Numbered from the stretch's first letter, positions 1-13,166 are shown. The stretch is 64,000 nt of DNA from Clostridia bacterium (GCA_045541135.1 JAZQIO010000028.1:104854-168853), one strand, 5' to 3'. Notes: generated by a model from the letters alone, not told the origin. Numbers and translations are program-made.

Positions 1-132
1 CATTCCTACACAACTGTCTTTGTGAGCAGTTAGTGTATCAAGTAAATCCTGTGCAACCTGTATATCAAATATTGTTGCATTCTCTGATTTTTGACCTAAA
101 AACAAAGGATCGTGCATCAATTCTTTAATCAT
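1..132 (-). CDS. def: Peptide deformylase, 5' part (runs off the window edge)
   Basis: Not in the ORF track. Manual minus-strand translation from ATG at 132 gives MIKELMHDPLFLGQKSENATIFDIQVAQDLLDTLTAHKDSCVGM, a typical clostridial Def N-terminus leading into the GxGxAAxQ-like motif. Confidence 0.8.
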   Translation of the reverse strand, partial: MIKELMHDPLFLGQKSENATIFDIQVAQDLLDTLTAHKDSCVGM

Positions 133-145
133 AAAAATCATTACC

Positions 146-3223
<3,078 letters not shown>

Positions 3224-3353
3224 TTATATACTTTGAAAAAAACAAAGTCAATCAAATACCCGAAAATGTCCTGAAAAAACAATAAATTGTCCTATAAATA
3301 TTATGTTCACAACAAGACTTATTTGAATATAATGAATATGGGTGGTGACAATT

Positions 3354-3860
3354 TTGTTTGAAATCAAAGAAATATTAAGTATTTTTTCTCATACAGAGAG
3401 AAAAAAGCCAGATGCCAAAGCCAAAATAAAAGGCAGTAAAAAGTATAGTAAAATAAACGGTATAGTTGAGTTTTTTAGTACAAAATATGGTGTAATTGTA
3501 AAAGTTAAAATTAACGGATTACCTTATAATGAGTCTGAATGTAATGACGGTATTTTTGGATTACACATCCACACCGGAAGCAAATGTAGCGGAACTGATA
3601 CAGATCCATTTGCTGACGCATTGACACATTACAATCCAAATAACTGTAAGCATCCGTACCACGCAGGTGATTTACCTCCATTATTTGGAAATAATGGTTA
3701 TGCATATATGGCTGTTTTAACAAATAGATTTACTATAAATGAAATAATAGGTAAAACTATAATTATACACTCTCAGCCGGACGACTTTAAAACTCAACCC
3801 GGTGGTGACTCCGGCAAAAAAATTGCTTGTGGAATAATTAAGAAAGGTGCTGTTATTTAA
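3354..3860 (+). CDS. sodC: Cu/Zn superoxide dismutase family protein
   Basis: Motifs LHIH, HYNP, HAGDLP, IIIH..PDD and IACG; no signal peptide. Start uncertain (TTG 3354 behind GGTGGTG, or GTG 3342). Confidence 0.88.
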   Translation: MFEIKEILSIFSHTERKKPDAKAKIKGSKKYSKINGIVEFFSTKYGVIVKVKINGLPYNESECNDGIFGLHIHTGSKCSGTDTDPFADALTHYNPNNCKHPYHAGDLPPLFGNNGYAYMAVLTNRFTINEIIGKTIIIHSQPDDFKTQPGGDSGKKIACGIIKKGAVI

Positions 3861-3877
3861 ACTGCACCTTAATTCAA

Positions 3878-5899
3878 TTATTTATTTGCTTCTGCTACAA
3901 CTTTTTGTTCAACATCTTTAGGAGCAATTTCGTATCTTACAAATTCAAATTCAAATTTACCTCTGCCCTGAGTCATTGAACGTAAATCGGTTGTATACTT
4001 ATGCATTTCAGACATTGGAACATCAGCTTCAACAACAAGAGTCTTTTCACCGGGATTCATACCAAGTACTCTACCACGACGCTTGTTAATATCTCCTGTT
4101 ATATCACCCATAAGGTCTGAAGGAACTGTAACTGTTAAGTGACCGATAGGTTCAAGCAACTGTACTCCGCCTTCATCCATTGCTTTTTTGAATGCAAGTG
4201 AAGCTGCCATCTTAAATGCCATTTCAGAAGAGTCAACAGCGTGATATGAACCGTCAACAAGAACAGCTTTTAGTCCTACAACCGGATAACCAGCCAAAGC
4301 ACCTTTTAGGATACATTCTCTTAGACCTTTTTCAACAGCCGGGAAGAAATTCTTAGGAACAGAACCGCCGAAAATCTTTTCTTCAAAAATCAAATCATCT
4401 TCTTCTGTTGGTGAGAATTCAATCCATACATGACCATACTGACCATGACCACCTGACTGTTTCTTGTGTTTACCTTCAACTTTAACAGGTTTTCTAAGTT
4501 TTTCTCTGTATGCAACCTTAGGTTCAATTAAATCTGTATCTGTTCCGAATTTAGTTTTAAGTTTACTCTTAAGAACGTCAAGATGCACTTCGCCAATACC
4601 GCTTATAAGCATTTCTTTTGTTTCACTGTTTGTATAGAATCTGAAAGTAATATCTTCTTCTGTAAGTTTCTGCAAGCCATTACTGATTTTTTCTTCATCA
4701 CCTTTAGACTTAGGAAGAATAGCCAATGATATATTAGGTTTTGGGAAATCTATCTGTTCGTATGCAGTATCATTTTCGGATGTAGCTAAAGTATCACCTG
4801 TCTTTGTAACCGAAAGTTTAGCAACAGCACCGATATCGCCTGCAACAAGTTCTTTACAATCAAGCTGTTTCTTGCCAAACATTGTATATAGCTTACCAAG
4901 CTTTTCAGGTGATTTTGTTGTAAGGTTAATAAGTGTTGCATCAGGAGAAAGCTTACCCGACATAACCTTAAAGTATGAAAGTTTACCAACAAATGGGTCT
5001 GCAACTGTTTTAAATACATAAATTGATGGTTTTCCACCTATATCAAACATTTCTTCTACATCATCTGGTGATGGGAAGTAAGCATTAATTGATTCTAACA
5101 GTACGCCTACACCTTTGTTATGTAATGCAGTACCGCAAAGAACAGGAACAACCTCGTTAGAATCTGTAGCTTTTCTAAGAGCTTTTTTTATTTCATCAAC
5201 AGTAAATTCTTCGCCGTTGAAATATCTGTCCATTAAAGCTTCATCAGTTTCTGCAACTGATTCGATAATCATATTTCTAACAGGTTCAACCTTATCCATC
5301 ATATAATCAGGAATATCGTCATCAAGCAACGGACCGTCTGCCTGGAAAAGTCTTGCTCTCATTCTTACAACATCAACAAAACCTATAATTTTTTCGCCAT
5401 TGTCAATAGGAACCTGGAAAGGTGCAACAGTTTTACCGAATTTTTCTCTTAATTCTTCCAGTACCTTCTGGAAATTACATCTTTCATCATCAACCTTATT
5501 GATAAAGAAAATACGTGGAAGATTTCTTTTTTCACAAAGCTCCCATGCTCTTTCAACACCTGCTGAAACACCTGACTTACCGCTTACTACAATAACAGCA
5601 GCGTCTGCAACTTCAATTGCTTCTAATGCTTCACCGACAAAATCATATGATCCCGGTGTATCTAAAATATTATATTTACAATTTTCAAATTCAAAAGAAA
5701 CTAAAGATGTATTAATAGAAATCTTACGTTTAATTTCTTCCGCATCATAGTCTGAAACAGTTGTTCCGTCCAATACAGAACCACGACGTTCTATAGCACC
5801 GGAAAATCTAAGCATAGATTCAACTACTGTTGTTTTACCGGCATTACCGTTACCAAGAATACAAACGTTTCTGATTTCCTCTGTTAAAAAATTTCTCAT
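3878..5899 (-). CDS. fusA: Elongation factor G paralog (EF-G2/FusA2-like)
   Basis: Motifs GNGNAGKTT, DTPG, NKVD, KKQSGGHGQYG, SYHAVDSSEMAFK. Stand-alone (not in the str operon) with divergent G1/G2 motifs. Confidence 0.9.
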   Translation of the reverse strand: MRNFLTEEIRNVCILGNGNAGKTTVVESMLRFSGAIERRGSVLDGTTVSDYDAEEIKRKISINTSLVSFEFENCKYNILDTPGSYDFVGEALEAIEVADAAVIVVSGKSGVSAGVERAWELCEKRNLPRIFFINKVDDERCNFQKVLEELREKFGKTVAPFQVPIDNGEKIIGFVDVVRMRARLFQADGPLLDDDIPDYMMDKVEPVRNMIIESVAETDEALMDRYFNGEEFTVDEIKKALRKATDSNEVVPVLCGTALHNKGVGVLLESINAYFPSPDDVEEMFDIGGKPSIYVFKTVADPFVGKLSYFKVMSGKLSPDATLINLTTKSPEKLGKLYTMFGKKQLDCKELVAGDIGAVAKLSVTKTGDTLATSENDTAYEQIDFPKPNISLAILPKSKGDEEKISNGLQKLTEEDITFRFYTNSETKEMLISGIGEVHLDVLKSKLKTKFGTDTDLIEPKVAYREKLRKPVKVEGKHKKQSGGHGQYGHVWIEFSPTEEDDLIFEEKIFGGSVPKNFFPAVEKGLRECILKGALAGYPVVGLKAVLVDGSYHAVDSSEMAFKMAASLAFKKAMDEGGVQLLEPIGHLTVTVPSDLMGDITGDINKRRGRVLGMNPGEKTLVVEADVPMSEMHKYTTDLRSMTQGRGKFEFEFVRYEIAPKDVEQKVVAEANK

Positions 5900-6034
5900 T
5901 ACCCATCATTCCTTCCAATTGATTTAACACGCAAACAAATTACGTTATGCATTATTTATTTGACATATACGTAAACAAATCCTACTAAAGATTGTACAAT
6001 AAATCAAAAAAATATTGTGCAACATGCACTAAAA

Positions 6035-6063
6035 AAATCCCACAGAAAAAACTGTGGGATTTT
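6035..6063 (-). terminator. Rho-independent terminator after nifJ
   Basis: Stem AAATCCCACAG / CTGTGGGATTT followed by a T-run on the minus strand. Confidence 0.8.
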
Positions 6064-6072
6064 CAAAATTAA

Positions 6073-9000
6073 TTATTCAAATAATTTACTGTATTTTGTC
6101 CAGTGAATATATTTTTCTTTTGCCTGCTCCTCTGCTGCTTTAAACAATTCCTCAGCCTTTTCAGGGAATTTGCGAGCAAGTGAACTGTAACGAACCTCAT
6201 TCATAATAAAGTCATTATATGAAGCTGATGGCTCTTTTGAATCCATCTGGAAAGGATTTTTGCCTTCTGCTACAAGGGTTGGATCAAATCTGAATGTATG
6301 CCAATAGCCTGCCAAAACAGCATTTTTAATTACTTTTTGTGTATCTGTCATACCACCCTTAATACCGTGGTTAATACACGGAGCGTATCCGATAATCAAA
6401 GACGGACCGTTATATGCAACCGCTTCTTTAATAGCTTTAACAGTCTGGTTGGCATCATAACCCATAGCAACCTGTGCTACATATACATAGCCGTAAGACA
6501 TAGCAATTTCTGCAAGATTTTTCTTTTTGATTGGTTTACCACCTGCAGCAAACTGAGCAACAGCCCCCGTAGGTGTTGATTTTGAAGCCTGACCGCCTGT
6601 ATTTGAATAAACTTCTGTATCAAAAACCATAACATTTATATCTTCGCCTGATGCAAGTACATGGTCGAGACCACCGAAACCAATGTCGTAAGCCCAACCG
6701 TCACCACCAAATATCCATACGGCTTTTTTAGATAAAAATTCTTTCATTTCAAGAATTTCTTTTGCTGCATCACAGCCGCATGCTTCCAGTGCTAAAACAA
6801 GCTTCTTTGTGGCATCTGCATTTGCATCAATATCTTCATAAGTTGCTTTCCAATCAGCAACAGCTGCCTTTACATCTGCGTTTTCAAGTTTTTCAAGCTT
6901 GTCAGCAAGACGTGCTCTTAGCTGTTTTGCAGCAACGGCCATACCTAAACCGTGTTCTGCATTGTCTTCAAACAATGAGTTAGCCCATGCAGGACCATGG
7001 CCTTCGTGATTAACTGTATATGGTGTTGAAGGTGCAGAACCTGCCCATATTGATGAACAACCTGTAGCATTTGAAATATATGTTTTATCACCACAAATCT
7101 GGGTAATCATTTTGGCATAAGGTGTTTCACCGCAACCTGCACATGCACCCGAGAATTCAAGCAACGGCTGACGGAACTGAGAGTTCTTTACATTAAGAGG
7201 TGCATTGATAATATCTTCTTTAACAGATGTTTTAATTGCATAGTTAAATACAGCCTGTTCTTGCATCTGAGATGCAATGGGTTTCATTGAAAGTGCCTGT
7301 ACTTTTTCAGGGCAAACCCTTGCACAGTTACCACAACCCGCACAATCAAGAGGAGAAATGACCATAGCAAATTTATACTGTGGCTTTCCTGTCATAGGTT
7401 TCATTTTCATACCTTCAGGTGCATTAGTTGCTTCTTCTTCAGTAAGAACAATAGGACGTATCGCCGCATGGGGACAAGCAGCGGCACACTGGTTACACTG
7501 AATACACTTTGTAACATCCCATTCCGGAACATCTACTGCAATACCGCGTTTTTCATAAGCTGCCATACCCTGTGGAAGATGACCGTCTACCATATCCATG
7601 AATGTAGAAACAGGTAGTTTGTTACCTCTTTGAGCAGTACATGGTTCAAGAATATTTTTAACAAAAGCGGGAACATTTACTTCCTTTGTTGCAGTTTCTT
7701 CAACTGCATTTTTCCAATCAGCAGGAACAACAACTTCCTTAACGTTTTCAGCACCAAGTGAAATTGCCTCATGATTCATATTAACAATCTTTTCACCCTT
7801 TTTGCTGAATTTCTTAACAACTGCTGCCTTCATATATTCAACAGCTTCTTCAAAAGGAATAACATTTGCCAATTTAAAGAATGCAGACTGCAATACAATA
7901 GATGTTTTGTTGCCAAGACCTATATCTTTAGCAATTCCGATAGCATCAATTGTATAAAGTGAAATATTATTTTCAGCAATATACTTTTTCATCTTAGCAG
8001 GTAGATGAGCTGAAAGTTCATCATCTGACCACGCACAGTTAAGAAGGAATTTACCTCCGGGAATCAAATCCTCTACCATATCATATTTATTGACATATGA
8101 CGGATTATGACATGCAACAAAATTGGCCTTGTTAATTAAATATGTTGATTTAATAGGATTTTTACCGAATCTCAAGTGAGAAACTGTAATACCACCGGAT
8201 TTTTTGGAGTCATAATCAAAATATGCCTGAGCATACAAATCTGTGTGGTCACCGATAATTTTAATAGAGTCCTTGTTAGCACCAACTGTACCATCAGAAC
8301 CAAGACCCCAGAATTTGCATGATGTAATACCTTCTGCAGCTGTATTAGGATTTTCCTCTCTTGGAAGTGAAAGGTTAGTTACGTCGTCAGTTATTGAAAG
8401 AGTAAAGCTTTTAACCGGTTTTTCAGCATCAAGGTTCTTATAAGCCGCAATAATATCTGCAGGTATAGTATCTTTTGAGCCAAGACCATATCTTCCACCA
8501 ATAATCATAGGAGCATCAGGGTTACCTGCATAGCAAGCACATACATCAAGGAATAAAGGTTCACCGATTGAGCCCGGTTCCTTTGTTCTGTCTAAAACCG
8601 CAATCTTTTTACAGGTTTTGGGAACAGCTTTAAGAAACGCATCAACCGGAAACGGTCTGTAAAGATGTACTTTTATAAGGCCAACCTTTTCTCCCTGTTT
8701 TATCATATAATCAATTGTTTCTTCAATTGTTTCACATACTGAACCCATAGCAACCAAAACTTTTGTTGCATCCTGAGCACCGTAGTAATTAACCAAACCG
8801 TAGTTTGTACCAATCTTTTCATTTACTTTATTCATATATTCTTCAACGATAGCAGGAACATTATTATAGTATGTGTTACAAGCTTCCCTGTTCTGGAAGA
8901 ATATATCCGGGTTCTGGGCAGAACCTCGAAGCACGGGATGTTCAGGATTTAGTGCATTGTTTCTGAATGACTTTACAGCATCCATATCAATCATATCTTT

Positions 9001-9573
9001 TAAATCTTCATAATCCCAGCATTCAATCTTGTCAATTTCATGAGAAGTTCTGAAACCATCAAAGAAATGAAGGAAAGGCACTTTACCTTTTATTGCTGCA
9101 AGATGAGCTACGGCACCAAGGTCCATAACTTCCTGAGCACTGTTTGAACAAAGCATAGCATAACCTGTCTGACGACAAGCCATAACATCGGAATGATCAC
9201 CGAAAATATTAAGAGCGTGTGAAGCAACACAACGAGCACTTACATGGATAACTGAAGGCAGTAATTCACCTGCCATTTTATACATATTTGGAATCATAAG
9301 AAGTAAGCCCTGTGAAGCTGTGTATGTGGTTGTAAGGGCACCTGCCGCCAAAGAACCGTGAACAGCGCCTGCCGCACCTGCTTCTGACTGCATTTCAACA
9401 ACTTTTACAGGCTGACCGAATATATTTTCTTTTTTATCAACTGCCCATTCGTCTGTTACTTCTGCCATAACTGATGACGGAGTAATCGGATAAATACAAG
9501 CCACTTCGGTAAATGCATATGATGCCCATGCAGCTGCATTATTACCATCCATTGTTTTCATTTTTCTTGCCAT
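6073..9573 (-). CDS. nifJ: Pyruvate:ferredoxin (flavodoxin) oxidoreductase
   Basis: Motifs YPITPSS, MQSEAGAAG, two CxxCxxCxxxCP ferredoxin motifs, GACAGCGETPY, GGDGWAYDIG. Start MARKMKTMDGN at 9573 behind AAGGAGG. Confidence 0.97.
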   Translation of the reverse strand: MARKMKTMDGNNAAAWASYAFTEVACIYPITPSSVMAEVTDEWAVDKKENIFGQPVKVVEMQSEAGAAGAVHGSLAAGALTTTYTASQGLLLMIPNMYKMAGELLPSVIHVSARCVASHALNIFGDHSDVMACRQTGYAMLCSNSAQEVMDLGAVAHLAAIKGKVPFLHFFDGFRTSHEIDKIECWDYEDLKDMIDMDAVKSFRNNALNPEHPVLRGSAQNPDIFFQNREACNTYYNNVPAIVEEYMNKVNEKIGTNYGLVNYYGAQDATKVLVAMGSVCETIEETIDYMIKQGEKVGLIKVHLYRPFPVDAFLKAVPKTCKKIAVLDRTKEPGSIGEPLFLDVCACYAGNPDAPMIIGGRYGLGSKDTIPADIIAAYKNLDAEKPVKSFTLSITDDVTNLSLPREENPNTAAEGITSCKFWGLGSDGTVGANKDSIKIIGDHTDLYAQAYFDYDSKKSGGITVSHLRFGKNPIKSTYLINKANFVACHNPSYVNKYDMVEDLIPGGKFLLNCAWSDDELSAHLPAKMKKYIAENNISLYTIDAIGIAKDIGLGNKTSIVLQSAFFKLANVIPFEEAVEYMKAAVVKKFSKKGEKIVNMNHEAISLGAENVKEVVVPADWKNAVEETATKEVNVPAFVKNILEPCTAQRGNKLPVSTFMDMVDGHLPQGMAAYEKRGIAVDVPEWDVTKCIQCNQCAAACPHAAIRPIVLTEEEATNAPEGMKMKPMTGKPQYKFAMVISPLDCAGCGNCARVCPEKVQALSMKPIASQMQEQAVFNYAIKTSVKEDIINAPLNVKNSQFRQPLLEFSGACAGCGETPYAKMITQICGDKTYISNATGCSSIWAGSAPSTPYTVNHEGHGPAWANSLFEDNAEHGLGMAVAAKQLRARLADKLEKLENADVKAAVADWKATYEDIDANADATKKLVLALEACGCDAAKEILEMKEFLSKKAVWIFGGDGWAYDIGFGGLDHVLASGEDINVMVFDTEVYSNTGGQASKSTPTGAVAQFAAGGKPIKKKNLAEIAMSYGYVYVAQVAMGYDANQTVKAIKEAVAYNGPSLIIGYAPCINHGIKGGMTDTQKVIKNAVLAGYWHTFRFDPTLVAEGKNPFQMDSKEPSASYNDFIMNEVRYSSLARKFPEKAEELFKAAEEQAKEKYIHWTKYSKLFE

Positions 9574-9624
9574 ATAATTTTTCCTCCTTGCCGTATATAT
9601 AAATACATTATAATCTTCTACAAT

Positions 9625-9653
9625 ATTATAACAATTTAATATTTTTATGTCAA
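9625..9653 (-). promoter_or_regulatory. Sigma-A promoter of nifJ
   Basis: Minus strand TTGACA-17 bp-TATAAT, a perfect consensus. Confidence 0.75.
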
Positions 9654-9704
9654 GGACAGTATACAGAAAGTATAGAAAATAATTTGTTAATTCAAAGTCA
9701 TTTG

Positions 9705-9733
9705 TTGACATACATTAAAATTAGTTGTAAAAT
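9705..9733 (+). promoter_or_regulatory. Sigma-A promoter of mrp
   Basis: TTGACA-17 bp-TAAAAT. Confidence 0.65.
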
Positions 9734-9765
9734 AATAAAAGTATAAAATACGGAGGTTTTAAAAA

Positions 9766-10593
9766 ATGAGTGAAAATTGTACACATAATTGCGAAACATG
9801 CTCGGCAAACTGTTCTGACAGAAAAGCAAACAGTTTTCTGGAAGCACCTAACGCAAAATCTAATATTAAAAATGTAATTGCCGTTGTAAGCGGTAAGGGT
9901 GGTGTTGGCAAATCAATGGTCACATCTCTTCTTTCTGTTGCAATGAACAACAAAAAATATCATACCGCAATTTTGGACGCCGACATTACCGGTCCTTCTA
10001 TTCCTAAAGCTTTTGGAATTCGTTCCGAAATTGTGGGGACGGATGACGGTCTTATTCCCGCAAAAACAACATCCGGAATAGACGTAATTTCTCTTAACCT
10101 TCTGTTGCCGGACGAAACTGATCCCGTTGTGTGGAGAGGTCCTGTTATTGCAGGCACTGTAAAGCAATTCTGGACAGACGTTATATGGGAAGATGTAGAT
10201 TATATGTTTGTTGACATGCCTCCGGGTACAGGTGATGTTCCACTTACTGTTTTTCAATCCATACCTGTTAAAGGCATTATTGTTGTTACCTCTCCTCAGG
10301 AATTGGTATCAATGATTGTAGAAAAAGCTGTTAAAATGGCAAATCTTATGAATATTCCTGTTCTTGGCATTGTTGAAAATATGTCATATTTCAAGTGTCC
10401 TAACTGTAATGAAAAACATTATATTTACGGAGAAAGTCATATAAATGAAATTGCTGAAAAATTTAATATTCCGGCAATAGGTACTCTACCAATAAATCCA
10501 CAACTTGCTTCCTTGGTAGATGCCGGTGAAATTGAAAAGGCTGACACTGCCGGTTTAGAAAAAATTATTGAAATAATTGAACAAATAAACTGA
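9766..10593 (+). CDS. mrp: Mrp/NBP35 (ApbC) Fe-S cluster carrier ATPase
   Basis: N-terminal CxxxCxxCxxxC, SGKGGVGKS, DADITGPS, WRGP, DMPPGTGD, ENMS..CPNC. Confidence 0.95.
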   Translation: MSENCTHNCETCSANCSDRKANSFLEAPNAKSNIKNVIAVVSGKGGVGKSMVTSLLSVAMNNKKYHTAILDADITGPSIPKAFGIRSEIVGTDDGLIPAKTTSGIDVISLNLLLPDETDPVVWRGPVIAGTVKQFWTDVIWEDVDYMFVDMPPGTGDVPLTVFQSIPVKGIIVVTSPQELVSMIVEKAVKMANLMNIPVLGIVENMSYFKCPNCNEKHYIYGESHINEIAEKFNIPAIGTLPINPQLASLVDAGEIEKADTAGLEKIIEIIEQIN

Positions 10594-10637
10594 TTATGGT
10601 TTATAAAAAATTAATATAACATAGTACAAATATTCAA

Positions 10638-10670
10638 AAAAATCAGGGCTTAAGTTAAGCCCTGATTTTT
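10638..10670. terminator. Bidirectional terminator between mrp and the oxidoreductase
   Basis: Stem AAAAATCAGGGCTTA / TAAGCCCTGATTTTT between convergent genes. Confidence 0.85.
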
Positions 10671-10672
10671 CG

Positions 10673-11962
10673 TTAAAATTCAACCAACGGTTTAATGTCA
10701 ACAGGCATACCTGTTGCAATAGATTTATTTGCTGCAATACCTGTAAGAATACTCATTGCACCATCAATGTGAGAGGCAGCTCTGTTAAGGGGATCGGGCT
10801 CCGGAATACCGAAAATATCATTTTTCAGTACAGTATCGCCACCACCGTGTCCTCCTTCCATTTCTTCAATTTCAACTTCGTATGCTTCATCAAACATCGG
10901 ATATACCATAATAGATTTATTCTTTGTAGCACCTTCAAGTTCTTTTTGTCCTGCACCGTTTACATATACAAATTCTGAAACATCAAGTTCCATTCTTCCT
11001 TTTGTACCGGTAAATACAACTCTGAAGCCTTCCTTTGGCGAATATGCATTAAGAGAGTATGACATTGTAGCTCCGCTTTCATACTTAACCAATACGTTCA
11101 TTGTATCTTCAATACTGATACCGTCGCCAAATACGCTTTGGTCACGGATGTAGCCATCATCTTTTTCGGCATTCAGGTACAGATTTTCAAGGTTTTCATT
11201 ACCTTCCATAACAAGTGCAAACGGGTCACCCTTTGCATTTTCAGAACCGTGAACACGTGTATAGAACTTTGTAACACCTCTGTTTTCGGCATTTTCTCTA
11301 CCATAGAACATTAAATCACCGTAAGCAAATACCTGTTTTGGTTTTGTTCCCAACCAGAAGTTAACAAGGTCAAAATGATGAGTTGATTTATGTACCAAAA
11401 GACCGCCGCTGTTACGTTTGTCTCTATGCCATCTTCTGAAGTAGTCAGCACCGTGGGATGTGTTAAGGAACCATTCAAAATGCACCTGCTTTACATCACC
11501 AATAACACCATTCATAATAAGCTCACGAACTTTAGAATTATGCGGAGCATATCTGTAGTTGAAGGTTACACGAAGCTTCCTGCCGGTTCTCTTTACTGCG
11601 TCAATAATTTCCTGACACTTAACATTGTCAACTGTCATAGGTTTTTCACTTACAACATCACAACCAAGTTCCATTGCTCTTATAATATATTTGTGGTGTG
11701 TACGGTCAATTGAAGTTACAATAACACAATCGGGTTTTTGTTCTTCAATCATCTTATCAAATTCATCTGCAGCATAAAGGTCAACTTTTGGATAATTAAA
11801 TTTTTCCATAAGGTATTTTTGTGCATATTCCATACGAGTTCTGTTAATATCACAAAAAGCTGTGATTTCTGATGTTTCCGAAAAACTTTCTGCAATAGCA
11901 TGATAGAAAAATCTTGCACGTCCACCTACGCCAACCTGTACGTATCTTGTTTTTTTAGCCAT
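10673..11962 (-). CDS. Gfo/Idh/MocA family NAD(P)-dependent oxidoreductase (YteT-like)
   Basis: Rossmann GVGGRA, SEKPM, FNYRY, HGADYFRRWHR, GGLLVHKSTHHFD, GHGGGD. Confidence 0.9.
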   Translation of the reverse strand: MAKKTRYVQVGVGGRARFFYHAIAESFSETSEITAFCDINRTRMEYAQKYLMEKFNYPKVDLYAADEFDKMIEEQKPDCVIVTSIDRTHHKYIIRAMELGCDVVSEKPMTVDNVKCQEIIDAVKRTGRKLRVTFNYRYAPHNSKVRELIMNGVIGDVKQVHFEWFLNTSHGADYFRRWHRDKRNSGGLLVHKSTHHFDLVNFWLGTKPKQVFAYGDLMFYGRENAENRGVTKFYTRVHGSENAKGDPFALVMEGNENLENLYLNAEKDDGYIRDQSVFGDGISIEDTMNVLVKYESGATMSYSLNAYSPKEGFRVVFTGTKGRMELDVSEFVYVNGAGQKELEGATKNKSIMVYPMFDEAYEVEIEEMEGGHGGGDTVLKNDIFGIPEPDPLNRAASHIDGAMSILTGIAANKSIATGMPVDIKPLVEF

Positions 11963-12138
11963 AATAAAACCTCCGTTATAAACTGAATTTATTTAACTGC
12001 TTTTAAGTTAGCACAAAATTATCTTGTTTTTCAATAAATATATTGTCATTATTTTAAAATTTCAACTTATATTGTCATCAGTATCTTGATTTTTATTAAC
12101 AAAACTTATATAATGATTACTGAAAGGGAGGTTTTTCT

Positions 12139-12987
12139 ATGAATAAAACAATTATGGATTGTTCAGAGGAATCATTTAATATACAAAAAAACAAAACAAA
12201 CTTTCCTATGACAATGAAAAAATACCATTATCATAACAACTTTGAAATTTATTATTTGTGTTCCGGAGAGCGTTCGTATTTTATTAAAGACAAAACTTAT
12301 CACATTAAAAAAGGGAACATTGTACTGATTAACGAATATGATATACATTGTACAAGAAACATTGGTGAACTAGGACATGAACGTATAGTTTTAAATTTCA
12401 ATAAAAAATTCATAAATGATTTAAGTGAAAAAATTGATGCCAATTTGTTTGAATGTTTTGAAAAAAACATTCATGTAATTAACTTGGATTTACACGAACA
12501 AATATACATAGAATCCCTTTTAAATACAATATATAACGAATATACAAACAAAAAAGAAAATTATATTCCATATTTAAAAACGGCTCTGATTCAACTATTA
12601 CTTTTTACTATCAGGCATAACGACTCACCTGTAAAAAGTGATGACATTGTTACAATCCACAAAACAATAACAAAAGTAATCGGTTATATAAATACTAATT
12701 ACACAGAGGATATTACACTACAGAGCATATCTGAAATGTTTTACATAAGTACATATTATTTTTCACGAAAATTCAAAGAAATTACAAACTTATCTTTTGT
12801 TGACTATCTAAATAATGTACGAGTTAAAGAAGCACAAGAACTTTTACGAAAAACAGATTTTAACATAACAAAGATTAGCGAAAGGGTAGGTTATAAAAAC
12901 CCAACATATTTCGGACGAATATTTAAAAAATTAACCGGAATATCACCTATGACATACAAAAAAGCAAGCAGATTAGATGATCATTAA
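12139..12987 (+). CDS. AraC family transcriptional regulator
   Basis: N-terminal cupin (HYHNNFEIYY) and C-terminal double HTH (YFSRKFK, VGY..PTYFGRIFKK.TGISP). Confidence 0.95.
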   Translation: MNKTIMDCSEESFNIQKNKTNFPMTMKKYHYHNNFEIYYLCSGERSYFIKDKTYHIKKGNIVLINEYDIHCTRNIGELGHERIVLNFNKKFINDLSEKIDANLFECFEKNIHVINLDLHEQIYIESLLNTIYNEYTNKKENYIPYLKTALIQLLLFTIRHNDSPVKSDDIVTIHKTITKVIGYINTNYTEDITLQSISEMFYISTYYFSRKFKEITNLSFVDYLNNVRVKEAQELLRKTDFNITKISERVGYKNPTYFGRIFKKLTGISPMTYKKASRLDDH

Positions 12988-13052
12988 AACGGACGGTTAT
13001 TATTATTTAGTGTAAAACCATTCGTAAATTTAAGACGAACGGCCGAATAGAA

Positions 13053-13085
13053 AAAACCTTGTATTCGTTATGAATACAAGGTTTT
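13053..13085. terminator. Bidirectional terminator
   Basis: 14-bp stem AAAACCTTGTATTC / GAATACAAGGTTTT between convergent genes. Confidence 0.85.
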
Positions 13086-13166
13086 CTTATGACGAAGAGA
13101 ATTATGATTAATACATCACAGTATTAACGGGTGCATTATAGCCACTTCAGAACTCAACAATAAATT

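Noticed and set aside
5991-6030. Palindromic ATTGTACAAT and TTGTGCAACATGCAC as a Rex or other operator
   Set aside because: Imperfect match with the wrong spacing for Rex, and located downstream of nifJ; cannot be supported.
9574-9711. 46-aa N-terminal extension of nifJ (similar extensions for lacZ, the sialidase-like gene, spoIIGA and the 1805-aa ORF)
   Set aside because: Artefacts of longest-ORF calling; each has a downstream ATG behind an RBS-like sequence, and the extensions fall in AT-rich promoter regions.
12990-13046. Possible three-way-junction RNA after the AraC gene
   Set aside because: Stems are only 4-6 bp and match no family I recognise.
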